Shown here: piece after piece, positions 1 to 8,476 of the stretch | Position numbering within the stretch: the stretch's first letter is position 1 | Layout: every line of letters begins with the position of its first letter | Assembly (NCBI GenBank): GCA_037442925.1 | Contig: JBBIPG010000024.1 | Coordinates: forward strand, 1-29,441 | Direction: 5' to 3' | DNA: 29,441 nt | Source of the DNA: Candidatus Fraserbacteria bacterium | GTDB lineage: Bacteria; Bipolaricaulota; Bipolaricaulia; RBG-16-55-9 | The notes under the pieces: generated by a model | What the model was told of the DNA's origin: nothing | The model's input: only the letters and a program-made list of their open reading frames with translations | The model's database searches: none | Position numbers and translations under genes: made by a program

Positions 1-1133
1 GGGCTGATCTCGATGCCGTCATGGATGTGCGAATCGATGCGAACGCCGGGACCTCCCGGCCAGCTTCTGACTTGTAGGCGGCCGCTGGAGGGTATGAAGT
101 TGCGAGAGGGGTCTTCGGCGTTGATGCGGCATTCGATGGCATGCCCCTTCAGTTCGAGTTGCTCTTGCGAATACCCCAACGGTTCGCCGGCCGCCACTCT
201 AATCTGTTCCAGAATGAGATTCCTTCCGGCGCGCATCTCGGAGACGGGGTGTTCCACTTGGATACGAGCGTTCACCTCAATGATGAAAAACTCCTTGCTG
301 GAGACCAAGAACTCGACCGTCCCGGCGTTGTGATAATCGAGCGCTCGTGCGGCTTGAAGAGCCGCTTCCAGAATCGCTTCACGCAGCTTGGAATCCAGAT
401 TCGCTGCCGGGGATTCTTCAATCAACTTCTGGTAGCGCCTCTGGATCGAACACTCTCGTTCTCCCCAGTGGACGACATGGCCATGTTCATCACCCAGTAT
501 CTGAACTTCAATGTGTCGAGCCTCTGGAAGATACTTCTCGAAGTAGACATCCGGGATGCCGAAAGCGGCTTCCGCCTCGCGCCGCGCGGCATGGAATTGG
601 TTTACCAGCTCAGACTCTTCTTGTACAAGCCGGATACCCCGTCCTCCGCCCCCAGCGGATGCTTTAATGATGAGGGGAAATCCCAGCACGCGAGCGGCCT
701 CACTCGCTTCCGCTTCCGTTTTCAATCCCTGCGTCCCGGGCACGATGGGCAAGCCCGCTCTTGCCAGTTCGTGCTTGGTTGCCAGTTTGTCTCCGCTCAG
801 CTGCATCACCCGATAGCTGGGGCCGATGAATTTCACTTTCGACTCTTCACAGACTTCCGCGAAGTGCGGATCCTCTGCCAGAAATCCATAGCCGGGATGG
901 ATCGCGTCCGCATGGGAGATCTCCGCAGCGCTCATGATGGCTGCGAGGTTGAGATAGCTCAATCTCGCTTCCGCAGGGCCGATACAATACGCTTCATCGG
1001 CATGGCGAACGTGGAGTGAGTTTCGATCCGCTTCCGAGAAGACGGCCACAGAACGGATGCCCAATTCCCGGCAGGCTTCGACGACTCGGAGTGCGATTTC
1101 ACCCCGGTTGGCGATGAGGATCTTCTTGAACAT
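1..1133 (-). CDS. accC: Acetyl-CoA carboxylase biotin carboxylase subunit (3' end runs off the window)
   Basis: Not in the ORF track because it is truncated. Reverse translation from ATG at 1133 gives MFKKILIANRGEIALRVV; further on are the biotin carboxylase motifs IHPGYGFLAE, KASAGGGGRG and EVNARIQVEHPV. Lies 2 nt downstream of the accB stop. Confidence 0.96.
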   Translation of the reverse strand, partial: MFKKILIANRGEIALRVVEACRELGIRSVAVFSEADRNSLHVRHADEAYCIGPAEARLSYLNLAAIMSAAEISHADAIHPGYGFLAEDPHFAEVCEESKVKFIGPSYRVMQLSGDKLATKHELARAGLPIVPGTQGLKTEAEASEAARVLGFPLIIKASAGGGGRGIRLVQEESELVNQFHAARREAEAAFGIPDVYFEKYLPEARHIEVQILGDEHGHVVHWGERECSIQRRYQKLIEESPAANLDSKLREAILEAALQAARALDYHNAGTVEFLVSSKEFFIIEVNARIQVEHPVSEMRAGRNLILEQIRVAAGEPLGYSQEQLELKGHAIECRINAEDPSRNFIPSSGRLQVRSWPGGPGVRIDSHIHDGIEIS

Positions 1134-1135
1134 GC

Positions 1136-1612
1136 TCACGATGCGGCAGGCTCGATGGCGATGAGAGGCTGGCCATACTCAACGGGTTTGCCTTCTTCCA
1201 CAAGAATCTCCTTGACGATCCCGGCTCGCTCCGCTTGGACTTCATTCATCACCTTCATGGCCTCAATCAGACAGACTGTATTCCCGATCTCGACACGGTC
1301 ACCCACTTCTACATAGGGGTCTTCCTCTGGCGAAGGTCGACGATAGAAGGTGCCGACGAGGGGAGCTTTGACGATGTAGCCGGCAAGAGGCGTCTCCTCT
1401 TTGGCAGGAGGGGGAGCGCTCACCTCCGTTGGCTGGGTGGGAGTGGCTACGGCTATGGCCGGACTGTTGCTCGTGCTCATGGAGGCCTGGACAGGCCCTC
1501 CCGGCCCCTGACGTTTGAGCAGGAGCCGGATCTCGCCACGCTCTAGCACGAGCTCTGTGAGCGTCGAGCGCTCGAAGAGCTCGACGAGAGCCTTGATCTC
1601 CTCTACCTCCAT
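1136..1612 (-). CDS. accB: Biotin carboxyl carrier protein of acetyl-CoA carboxylase
   Basis: EAMKVM biotinylation motif, APLVGTFYR, VEYGQPL, Ala/Pro-rich linker; adjacent to accC. Confidence 0.96.
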   Translation of the reverse strand: MEVEEIKALVELFERSTLTELVLERGEIRLLLKRQGPGGPVQASMSTSNSPAIAVATPTQPTEVSAPPPAKEETPLAGYIVKAPLVGTFYRRPSPEEDPYVEVGDRVEIGNTVCLIEAMKVMNEVQAERAGIVKEILVEEGKPVEYGQPLIAIEPAAS

Positions 1613-1668
1613 TTGGCCTCATCCTCCTTAGGCATTCTCAGTCTGGGTTGCTCGGAGGCCGGGGTCTT

Positions 1669-1698
1669 AGCATACCTCAAGGGGTTCAACTCTTGCAA
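1669..1698 (-). promoter_or_regulatory. Putative sigma70 promoter of accBC (TTGCAA-N18-TATGCT)
   Basis: Hexamers read directly from the minus strand upstream of accB. Confidence 0.55.
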
Positions 1699-1721
1699 AA
1701 GACCCTCCGGCTTCCTACAAT
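1693..1721 (+). promoter_or_regulatory. Putative sigma70 promoter of the HlyC/CorC gene (TTGCAA-N17-TACAAT)
   Basis: Near-consensus hexamers, followed by SD-like GAGGTG at 1728-1733 and ATG at 1743. Confidence 0.65.
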
Positions 1722-1742
1722 GCACTTGAGGTGTAGGCTTGA

Positions 1743-3290
1743 ATGGATCCTTTCATAGGATTCGTATTGCTGGCGCTCCTAACTCTTCTCTCGAATCTCT
1801 TTACGGCCTTTGAGATCGTCATGGCCTCGCTGGGTCGGGTGCGACTCACCGCCTTGCTCAAGGAGCATCCTCAACATCGCCGGTTCCTTCAAGCCCTATT
1901 GGATTCCCCTCATCTCATCGTGCCTGCCTTGGCCCTCGCGGCGGATTTGACGATTGTGGCCGCAGGAGTCTTAGTAACCGGTCTCACCTTCCAGCTCTTC
2001 CCGCAACTTAAGCCCGTTCTGAAAGTCATTCTCGCCTTCTCGTTCGCCACGCTCTATCTCATCATCTTGGGGGAGCTTCTCCCCAAGCACGTCGTGCGTG
2101 GGCAGATGGCTGGATGGATGCTTCATCTGCTTCGTCCCCTCTACTGGATTGTCCGCCCCCTTGTACCCGTCATCGGCTTCTCCCAGGGACTGACGCGCAG
2201 CGTCCGCCGTCTGCTACGTCTGCCCAGCCGAGAAGGGGCTGCACCCGCACCCATCAGCGATGAACAGATGAAGTTTCTGCTCGAGGCAGCGGAGGAACAC
2301 GGTCTGCTCGATGAAGAAGAAGAGCGAATGATCTGGAAGATCTTGGCCTACGATGACCTAGTGGTCCGGCAGGTGATGGTCCCTCGTCCTGAGGTGGCCT
2401 TAATTGCTGTAGAAACCCCACTCACCCAGATACGCGAGATCATTGCTCGCGAAGGCCACTCGCGGTATCCGGTGTACGAGGGTACCCGGGACAACGTCGT
2501 TGGAATCCTTCACGCCAAAGACCTCTTGCGCTTCGGCTACTCGGAAAAACAACAACTCGAAGCACATCGGCGTCGACTCCAAGAAGATCTGCCCAAGAGA
2601 TTGCGGGAAGTTGAGGTGGAAGCAGAGAAACGCGGTATCGATCCCAAGACAGATCCCGCCTACCAGGCTGTACTGCAAGAGCAAGCCTTGGTCAAAGAAG
2701 AGATGAATCGGCTGCGAGAGCGCTTGAATAAAGTCACGTTACGCGATCTCGTGCGGCCGCCCTTTTTCACGCCCACGATCAAACCCATCAACGATCTGCT
2801 CCGTGAATTTCAGCGCAACAAGAAACACATGGCCATTGTGGTCGACGAGTTCGGGAGCATGGCGGGCATCGTCACGCTGGAAGACATTCTCGAAGAGATT
2901 GTGGGAGAGATCAGCGACGAGTACGATCAACCGCAGAAGCCCATCCAACAGTTGTCCTCACGGGAGTTCTTGGTGGAAGGGGATACCGAACTCAGTCTGA
3001 TCAATGAAGAGTTGGGGTTGAGCTTGCCGGTCGGCGGAGTGGTCACCATCGGGGGATTGGTCACTCAGCGACTGGAAGAGATCCCCCGTCCGGGACGTTC
3101 CCTTTCCATTGATGGGGTGATGATTACTGTCGAGAGCGCCACCGCCCGCGAGATTGTCAAGGTCCGACTCAGGCTCCCGGAGGCTGTCTCTTCCCCTCCG
3201 GAGATCGGAAGAGCCTTTGTCTTGCGGACATTGAATTTCGCTCCGGCATTCTCTAAGATGGCCCGATCAACCAAGGAGGGATGCGAGTGA
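1743..3290 (+). CDS. HlyC/CorC (CNNM/DUF21-CBS-CBS-CorC) family membrane protein, putative Mg2+/Co2+ transport associated
   Basis: N-terminal TM helices with GELLPK; CBS motifs VRQVMVPR, HSRYPVY and VVDEFGSMAGIVTLEDILEEIVGEISDEYD; C-terminal CorC_HlyC domain (TIGGLV). Confidence 0.93.
   Translation: MDPFIGFVLLALLTLLSNLFTAFEIVMASLGRVRLTALLKEHPQHRRFLQALLDSPHLIVPALALAADLTIVAAGVLVTGLTFQLFPQLKPVLKVILAFSFATLYLIILGELLPKHVVRGQMAGWMLHLLRPLYWIVRPLVPVIGFSQGLTRSVRRLLRLPSREGAAPAPISDEQMKFLLEAAEEHGLLDEEEERMIWKILAYDDLVVRQVMVPRPEVALIAVETPLTQIREIIAREGHSRYPVYEGTRDNVVGILHAKDLLRFGYSEKQQLEAHRRRLQEDLPKRLREVEVEAEKRGIDPKTDPAYQAVLQEQALVKEEMNRLRERLNKVTLRDLVRPPFFTPTIKPINDLLREFQRNKKHMAIVVDEFGSMAGIVTLEDILEEIVGEISDEYDQPQKPIQQLSSREFLVEGDTELSLINEELGLSLPVGGVVTIGGLVTQRLEEIPRPGRSLSIDGVMITVESATAREIVKVRLRLPEAVSSPPEIGRAFVLRTLNFAPAFSKMARSTKEGCE
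3231..3259 (+). promoter_or_regulatory. Putative sigma70 promoter (TTGAAT-N17-TAAGAT) inside the 3' end of the HlyC/CorC ORF
   Basis: Near-consensus hexamers, then SD AAGGAGG (3273-3279) and GTG at 3287. Confidence 0.55.
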
Positions 3291-6157
3291 GACGGTGGTG
3301 GATTCTTCTGATCTACCCGCTCAGCCTTCTCGGCTGGGCTGCCATAGCCGTACCAGCAGAGCCTGTCTATCCCCATTACACGTTGACAGTCACGTTTGAC
3401 CCCAAGCGACACACGATCAGCGGCGACGAGATCGTAGAGTATGTCAACGATGCGACGACCCCCTTGAACGCCCTCTACTTCTTGTTGTACCCCAACTACG
3501 AGCGCGAACCCAATCCCTATCTGGAAGAGAGCCAGTTGGATGCCCTCTACCCGGGAGGATTCAATCCGGCCTCGATGAGAATTCACGCCGTGAATGACGC
3601 AGCGGGAAACCCGCTGTCATATGAACTTATGGAGGGTCCCGCCATCTCTCAGACGTATTCGCTCCAAGATACGCTCCTGCGAGTCAAACTTCCGCAGCCG
3701 CTCGCTCCCGGCGCTCAAGTGAAGCTGGTCATTCGCTTCACCACGACATTCCCTCAGACGCTTCGCGGCGATGAAGGGTACTATCGGGAACTGCATACCT
3801 GGCGATTTGGCTGGAACCCTGTCGCGATCTCCGCCCAAGAGCTCATCGAGGGGGAGTATATCTCTTCAGAGCGCCCATACTACAAACAGATCTTCCCTGC
3901 CGCCCTCTATGATCTCACCTTAACCCTGCCCAAGGAGTACCAGGCAGCCATCGGGGCCGATCATCAAGAGGTTCAGGAGGAGACAGACAAAGAGAAGACG
4001 ATTCACGCGCTGAGTGCCGTCCCTGTTCGCTCGGTGCCCTTAAGTCTCAGCCCGGATTTTCGCGTGTATGAGTTCCCGGATCCCGAGATTCCCATCCTCG
4101 TTTATTATCTACCCGGCCATGAGGCTGCTGCGCGGCTGATCGCCAGCTATGCCATAGAGAGCTTAGACTACTATCGAAAACGCTGGGGCGAATATCCCCA
4201 TCGGCGGCTCGTCGTTGCGGAGACAGCCTCCTCTCAGGCGAGCTTCTCCGGAGCCACAGGAGATGTGCTCGTTCTACTCAACCAGCAATTCTTCAGTGAG
4301 AAAGATCTCGCGGTTCCCAACATCATCGACCGTTTGCTCGATGACGTCATCGCCCACGAGGTGGCACACCAGTGGTGGGGGATTGGGATCAGCTCCGATC
4401 TGAACGCGGAGAATTTCCTGAGCGAATCCTTTGCCCAATACTTCTCGATCACGTATTTCGAAGAGAAGTATGGGGCGTTTGAGCCGAACGTCTTCCAGTT
4501 GGAGCGCGATGGACTTCTGGAGAGATTCGTGGAATCCCAGTTTGGGTACATCAACCTGCGCGAGCACCTGCAGGGGGAACTGCCCTACATGCTGGCTGTG
4601 AAGAACGAGTTCGATGAGGCGATCATCAAGCCCCAGCAGGACGTGAAATTCCTCAACTACTCGGGCGAGCGCCTGTACAGCAAAGGCTATCTCATGCTGC
4701 GGGCACTGCGCGGCCTCATCGGAGGGGAAGCGATGGATAAGCTCTTGGTCGCCTCTTATGAGCGCTTCCTGCGACGGGTTGTGACCGTGGAGGAATTCGA
4801 AGCCTTGGCTCAAGAGATCTCAGGACAGGACCTCCGTGAGTTCTTCGAACAAGCCCTTCACAAAGATGAAGCAGAGGAGGGGCGCGCTCCCTATGCCGAT
4901 TATGGCGTCGACCGAGTCGACTCGCGCCGAACAACCGATGGCAAATATGAGTATATCGTGTATCTCTTCCGGCGAGGGGATCTGCGGTTGCCGGTGGAAG
5001 TTGTGGCTGTGGATCGCACAGGAGAGCGGCACAAGCAAGTCTGGAAGGTCGACGACCAAGAGTCAGGCAATTTTGTGATGGTCTTTGACACATCCAGTGC
5101 TCTCTCTCAAATCGAGGTCGATCCGGAGAGTTGGACTCCGGATATCGACCGGCTGAACAACTACTACGTACTTGAGGGTTCGTTCTTGTTCCCCCGCAAG
5201 GTGCAGATCCTCGCTACCGGGGAGAACGCTCTCCCTCTCGATGCCTACTTGATCCGCTTCAATCCCTTCAGTCAGTTGTTAGAGGGCGGGTATCTCTTGG
5301 ATCACCGCTGGCTCTTGGGGCCGGGTTTTGCCGCGTTCATAAAGGACCTGGGGCGCGGAAGTTCCATAAGCGCCCTCGCCGGACTGATGCCGGATCGACA
5401 GATCATCGGCCAGCTCGCTTGGCAGAAGACCTTCTACTCCTATCCTGAACTGGGAATCCTTGGAACGTTTTGGGAAGCAACGGACCAACTGGAAATCTCA
5501 CTGCTTCGTCGACCCGATTCCACAGGAATTCCATCCCTGGACAAACAACTGGGCGCCACGGGTCGGATTGCGAATGTGGTGGGTGTGAGTTGGATTCACC
5601 AAGAATCGCTCCGACAACGTCTGGCTGGGTGGGCTTCGATTCTGAATGATCCCGAAGCGTTTACGCGGATGGAGCTGGGTGGCTGGAAAGATGTTCGCCT
5701 GGGGCCTGACGTTCATCTGGGTGCTCGTTTGGCATTCGGCTGGGGGCAAGGAGATCTGGGGATCTTCCACTTTAACTTGTCTCCACTAAGCAGCTTCGAT
5801 AAAGTGTCAGACTTCCCCTTTGTGGGGAGCGTCCGGTTGCTGGGAGAACTCGATTTCACCTTTCCCTTTCAACGCGACATGAGGTACAACTTGCTCAACA
5901 TCGCGATGCTTCAGGATATTGACGAGCGGATCAGGCTACGTTTTGGCGATACGTGGGATCGTCTGGATCAAGTGGATCTCGGAAATCTTGAAACGCTCAA
6001 GTTAGAGCTGGGCTTCGAGATGACGTTTAGCGGCAGCACGTTGGGTGGGCTCTTCCCGTGGCAACTCACGGTAGGTGTGGCATATCCCCTGGGGCCGATT
6101 GAGCAAGAAGACCGCCAAATCAAGCAATACATCAGCGTCTGGACGCCCTTGTTCTAA
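3287..6157 (+). CDS. Secreted M1-family (gluzincin) zinc metallopeptidase with a C-terminal beta-strand-rich domain
   Basis: Signal peptide; HEVAH-x18-E zinc motif; YSKG catalytic Tyr motif. GTG at 3287 preferred over ATG 3281 because the SD AAGGAGG is 7 nt from it and it overlaps the upstream stop (GTGA). Confidence 0.88.
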   Translation: MRRWWILLIYPLSLLGWAAIAVPAEPVYPHYTLTVTFDPKRHTISGDEIVEYVNDATTPLNALYFLLYPNYEREPNPYLEESQLDALYPGGFNPASMRIHAVNDAAGNPLSYELMEGPAISQTYSLQDTLLRVKLPQPLAPGAQVKLVIRFTTTFPQTLRGDEGYYRELHTWRFGWNPVAISAQELIEGEYISSERPYYKQIFPAALYDLTLTLPKEYQAAIGADHQEVQEETDKEKTIHALSAVPVRSVPLSLSPDFRVYEFPDPEIPILVYYLPGHEAAARLIASYAIESLDYYRKRWGEYPHRRLVVAETASSQASFSGATGDVLVLLNQQFFSEKDLAVPNIIDRLLDDVIAHEVAHQWWGIGISSDLNAENFLSESFAQYFSITYFEEKYGAFEPNVFQLERDGLLERFVESQFGYINLREHLQGELPYMLAVKNEFDEAIIKPQQDVKFLNYSGERLYSKGYLMLRALRGLIGGEAMDKLLVASYERFLRRVVTVEEFEALAQEISGQDLREFFEQALHKDEAEEGRAPYADYGVDRVDSRRTTDGKYEYIVYLFRRGDLRLPVEVVAVDRTGERHKQVWKVDDQESGNFVMVFDTSSALSQIEVDPESWTPDIDRLNNYYVLEGSFLFPRKVQILATGENALPLDAYLIRFNPFSQLLEGGYLLDHRWLLGPGFAAFIKDLGRGSSISALAGLMPDRQIIGQLAWQKTFYSYPELGILGTFWEATDQLEISLLRRPDSTGIPSLDKQLGATGRIANVVGVSWIHQESLRQRLAGWASILNDPEAFTRMELGGWKDVRLGPDVHLGARLAFGWGQGDLGIFHFNLSPLSSFDKVSDFPFVGSVRLLGELDFTFPFQRDMRYNLLNIAMLQDIDERIRLRFGDTWDRLDQVDLGNLETLKLELGFEMTFSGSTLGGLFPWQLTVGVAYPLGPIEQEDRQIKQYISVWTPLF

Positions 6158-6169
6158 GGGTCTTGTGTC

Positions 6170-7072
6170 ATGGCTTCTGCTGGCGAGAGACTACAAATCG
6201 TCCGCACGATCCACGAAGTCCATGAGGCCATCGCCATGGCACGGCGTGCTGGCCAACGCATCGGCTTCATCCCGACCATGGGATATCTACACGAAGGGCA
6301 CGCCAGCTTAATTGATCTTTGTAAGAAGCACGCCGATTATCTGGTAGTGAGCGTCTTTGTCAATCCCACGCAGTTTGGCCCCCAAGAAGACTTCACCCGA
6401 TACCCAAGGGATCTTGTGCGGGATCGTACGCTCATCAAGGCGCATGGGGCGCATCTGCTCTTCGCTCCTTCGGTGGAAGAGATCTATCCCGAAGACTCGT
6501 GCATTCGCTTTGCCATTCTAGATCTTGCGGATCATCTCTGCGGTCCGAAGCGACCCGGGCATTTCCAGGGAGTACTCCTCGTCGTCTCGAAGCTCTTCCA
6601 CATCGTTCAACCCGATGTGGCCGTCTTTGGTCAGAAAGATCTTCAGCAGCTTGTGATCATCCAACACCTTGTGAGAGACCTCAATTTCCCGATTCAGATT
6701 GTGGCAGGTCCCACGGTGCGGGAGCCGGATGGCTTAGCCATGAGTTCCCGCAATTCGTATCTTTCGCCCAAGGAACGTGAGGCCAGCACGGTGCTTTATC
6801 GTGCGCTCCAGCAGGGCAAAGGACTCATAGAAGCCGGTGAACGTCGCGCCTCGGCTGTGACGAAGGCGCTCACGAATACGATCTCTCAGGTGCCATTCTC
6901 TCGACTTGACTATATCGAGATTGTCGAGGTAGAGCGTCTCCAGCCGATCGAAGAGATTGAGGGCCGCATCGCCATAGCTCTTGCCGTCTATATCGGACAG
7001 ACGCGCTTGATTGATAACATCGTCCTTGAGGTTCGTGATGGCAAAGTCCGTGAAATCCCATCTCTCACCTGA
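6170..7072 (+). CDS. panC: Pantoate--beta-alanine ligase
   Basis: PTMGYLHEGH, SVFVNPTQF, RPGHFQGV, FGQKDLQQ, REPDGLAMSSRN, RLIDN motifs. Confidence 0.97.
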   Translation: MASAGERLQIVRTIHEVHEAIAMARRAGQRIGFIPTMGYLHEGHASLIDLCKKHADYLVVSVFVNPTQFGPQEDFTRYPRDLVRDRTLIKAHGAHLLFAPSVEEIYPEDSCIRFAILDLADHLCGPKRPGHFQGVLLVVSKLFHIVQPDVAVFGQKDLQQLVIIQHLVRDLNFPIQIVAGPTVREPDGLAMSSRNSYLSPKEREASTVLYRALQQGKGLIEAGERRASAVTKALTNTISQVPFSRLDYIEIVEVERLQPIEEIEGRIAIALAVYIGQTRLIDNIVLEVRDGKVREIPSLT

Positions 7073-7496
7073 GGAAGTTGTCACTGAAAGTGCTGACGAA
7101 ACCAGGGTGTGGGGGCAGAAGTTTGCCAAGCAACTCCATCCCGGTGACTGCCTCTTGTTGATCGGCGAGTTGGGGGCGGGCAAGACCACGCTGGTGCAGG
7201 GCTTGGCGGAAGGGCTCGGGCTTGATCCCAAAGAGATCATCTCGCCCACGTTTGTGCTCATTCGTGAGCACGAGGGGAAGATCCCTCTCTATCACATCGA
7301 CGCGTATCGCATTCAAGACCCCAAAGAATTGCTCGAAGTTGGGCTGGCAGAGTACTTTGAGCGACCGGGCATCACGGTGATCGAATGGGGCGAGAAGGTG
7401 CGAGAGGTTGCGCCCCGCCATGCTATAGAGATTCGGCTGGAGATTCTCGAGGGAGATCGACGTCGGATTCAACTCATTCGTCCGAAGAAATCTTGA
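7038..7496 (+). CDS. tsaE: tRNA threonylcarbamoyladenosine biosynthesis ATPase
   Basis: GELGAGKTT P-loop, SPTF, HIDAYR, IEW motifs. ATG at 7038 has GAGG 6 nt upstream. Confidence 0.95.
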   Translation: MAKSVKSHLSPEEVVTESADETRVWGQKFAKQLHPGDCLLLIGELGAGKTTLVQGLAEGLGLDPKEIISPTFVLIREHEGKIPLYHIDAYRIQDPKELLEVGLAEYFERPGITVIEWGEKVREVAPRHAIEIRLEILEGDRRRIQLIRPKKS

Positions 7497-7497
7497 T

Positions 7498-7526
7498 TTG
7501 CAATCGTTTCTGACGAAGGGCATACT
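7498..7526 (+). promoter_or_regulatory. Putative sigma70 promoter giving a leaderless transcript (TTGCAA-N17-CATACT-N6-ATG)
   Basis: The -10 element ends 6 nt before ATG 7533 and no SD sequence is present. Confidence 0.6.
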
Positions 7527-7532
7527 GAAACC

Positions 7533-7739
7533 ATGGACGTGCGCGAATTGAACGAAAGCGTGATGCCAAGCGAGGTCTTTGCCGCCGTGTCGTATGATCC
7601 CGAGACGCGAGAAGTAGGAATTCAATACGGCTATGTCTTGCTCAGTCTCCCGCGGGAAGACTTCGAGAGCTTTCTCAGTCTCTTGCTCGAAGCCCAAGAG
7701 AAGTTGCCTGGCAAGCCAAGGGGAAAGGGGGAACCGTGA
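7533..7739 (+). CDS. Small hypothetical protein (68 aa), predicted beta-beta-beta-alpha
   Basis: Fills the gap between tsaE and the Rad52 gene, has its own promoter candidate, and its stop overlaps the next start (GTGA). Confidence 0.75.
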   Translation: MDVRELNESVMPSEVFAAVSYDPETREVGIQYGYVLLSLPREDFESFLSLLLEAQEKLPGKPRGKGEP

Positions 7740-8476
7740 CCGCTGAGAAGAAGCAGGAGCTCTTTGCAGCAGGCGCAGGCAAGACGACTCCGTCTGAGCT
7801 GCCGGCCCCGAAGATCGCATTTACTCCCGAACAGATCGAGATGCTAAAGAAGCCGATTGAACCCAGCCGTGTCCAGCGGCGTGTCGGATTCCGGGGTCAG
7901 CAATTTGAATATCTGCCCATCCATGACATCATCGAGACGGCCAATCGGATCTTTTCTTTCGGCGGCTGGCAGCGCGAAATCCGTCGCTTGGAGAAGGTCT
8001 ATCAAGACGAGACCGAGGGTGTGTATAGCGTGGGCTATCTCTGTGAGTATCGCGTCCGCGTGGGCGACATCATCCACGAAGATGTGGGCTTTGGCTCCTC
8101 CTCGAATCAGCCTGATCTTGCCCAAGCGCACGAAATGGCCGTCAAGGGAGCTGTCTCGGATGCGATCAAACGTTGCTTCCGAGCGTTTGGGGATCAATTT
8201 GGGCTCAGTCTCTACAAGAAGCATGAGCTGGAGGAAGTTGCCCCCAGCGGGCCGCGGATCGCCACCGAAGCTCAACTGGGGAGGCTGCGCAAGACCCTCC
8301 GAGCGCACAACCTCAAGGAAGAAGCGTTACTCGAGTACATCAAAGCGAAGATGGGAAGCGAGTTTTCTAGACTCGAAGAGTTGCCCTTGAAAGTCGCCAG
8401 CCGTGCCATAGAGCGATTCACTCAAGACGAGGCTGCTTTTGTCAAAGAGATTCAAGAGATCGCTCAAGCGAAGTAG
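7736..8476 (+). CDS. Rad52/Rad22-family single-strand annealing protein
   Basis: YL-x6-ETANRIFSFGGW, HEDVGFG and AVKGAVSDAIKRCFRAFGDQFGLSLY match the Rad52 core; helical C-terminal tail starting ATEAQ. SD AAGGGGG upstream of the GTG start. Confidence 0.9.
   Translation: MTAEKKQELFAAGAGKTTPSELPAPKIAFTPEQIEMLKKPIEPSRVQRRVGFRGQQFEYLPIHDIIETANRIFSFGGWQREIRRLEKVYQDETEGVYSVGYLCEYRVRVGDIIHEDVGFGSSSNQPDLAQAHEMAVKGAVSDAIKRCFRAFGDQFGLSLYKKHELEEVAPSGPRIATEAQLGRLRKTLRAHNLKEEALLEYIKAKMGSEFSRLEELPLKVASRAIERFTQDEAAFVKEIQEIAQAK

Noticed and set aside
141..1019. 292-aa plus-strand ORF and neighbouring short ORFs
   Set aside because: Antisense shadow of accC, which has clear motifs on the minus strand.
1299..1622. 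Alternative-frame ORF whose ATG directly follows AAGGAGG
   Set aside because: Zero SD spacing, Arg/Ser-rich non-protein-like sequence, and it overlaps accB.
7504..7516. TCGT-N5-ACGA palindrome in the Rad52 operon promoter spacer, loosely like a DNA-damage operator (Deinococcus RDRM core)
   Set aside because: Arms are only 4 bp and the flanks do not match; expected by chance unless shown to be conserved.
7065..7820. 251-aa minus-strand ORF
   Set aside because: Antisense to tsaE, the small gene and the Rad52 start; no recognisable motifs.
7533..8476. Prophage remnant around the Rad52 gene
   Set aside because: No integrase, structural, exonuclease or replication genes; flanks are housekeeping and composition looks like the host.
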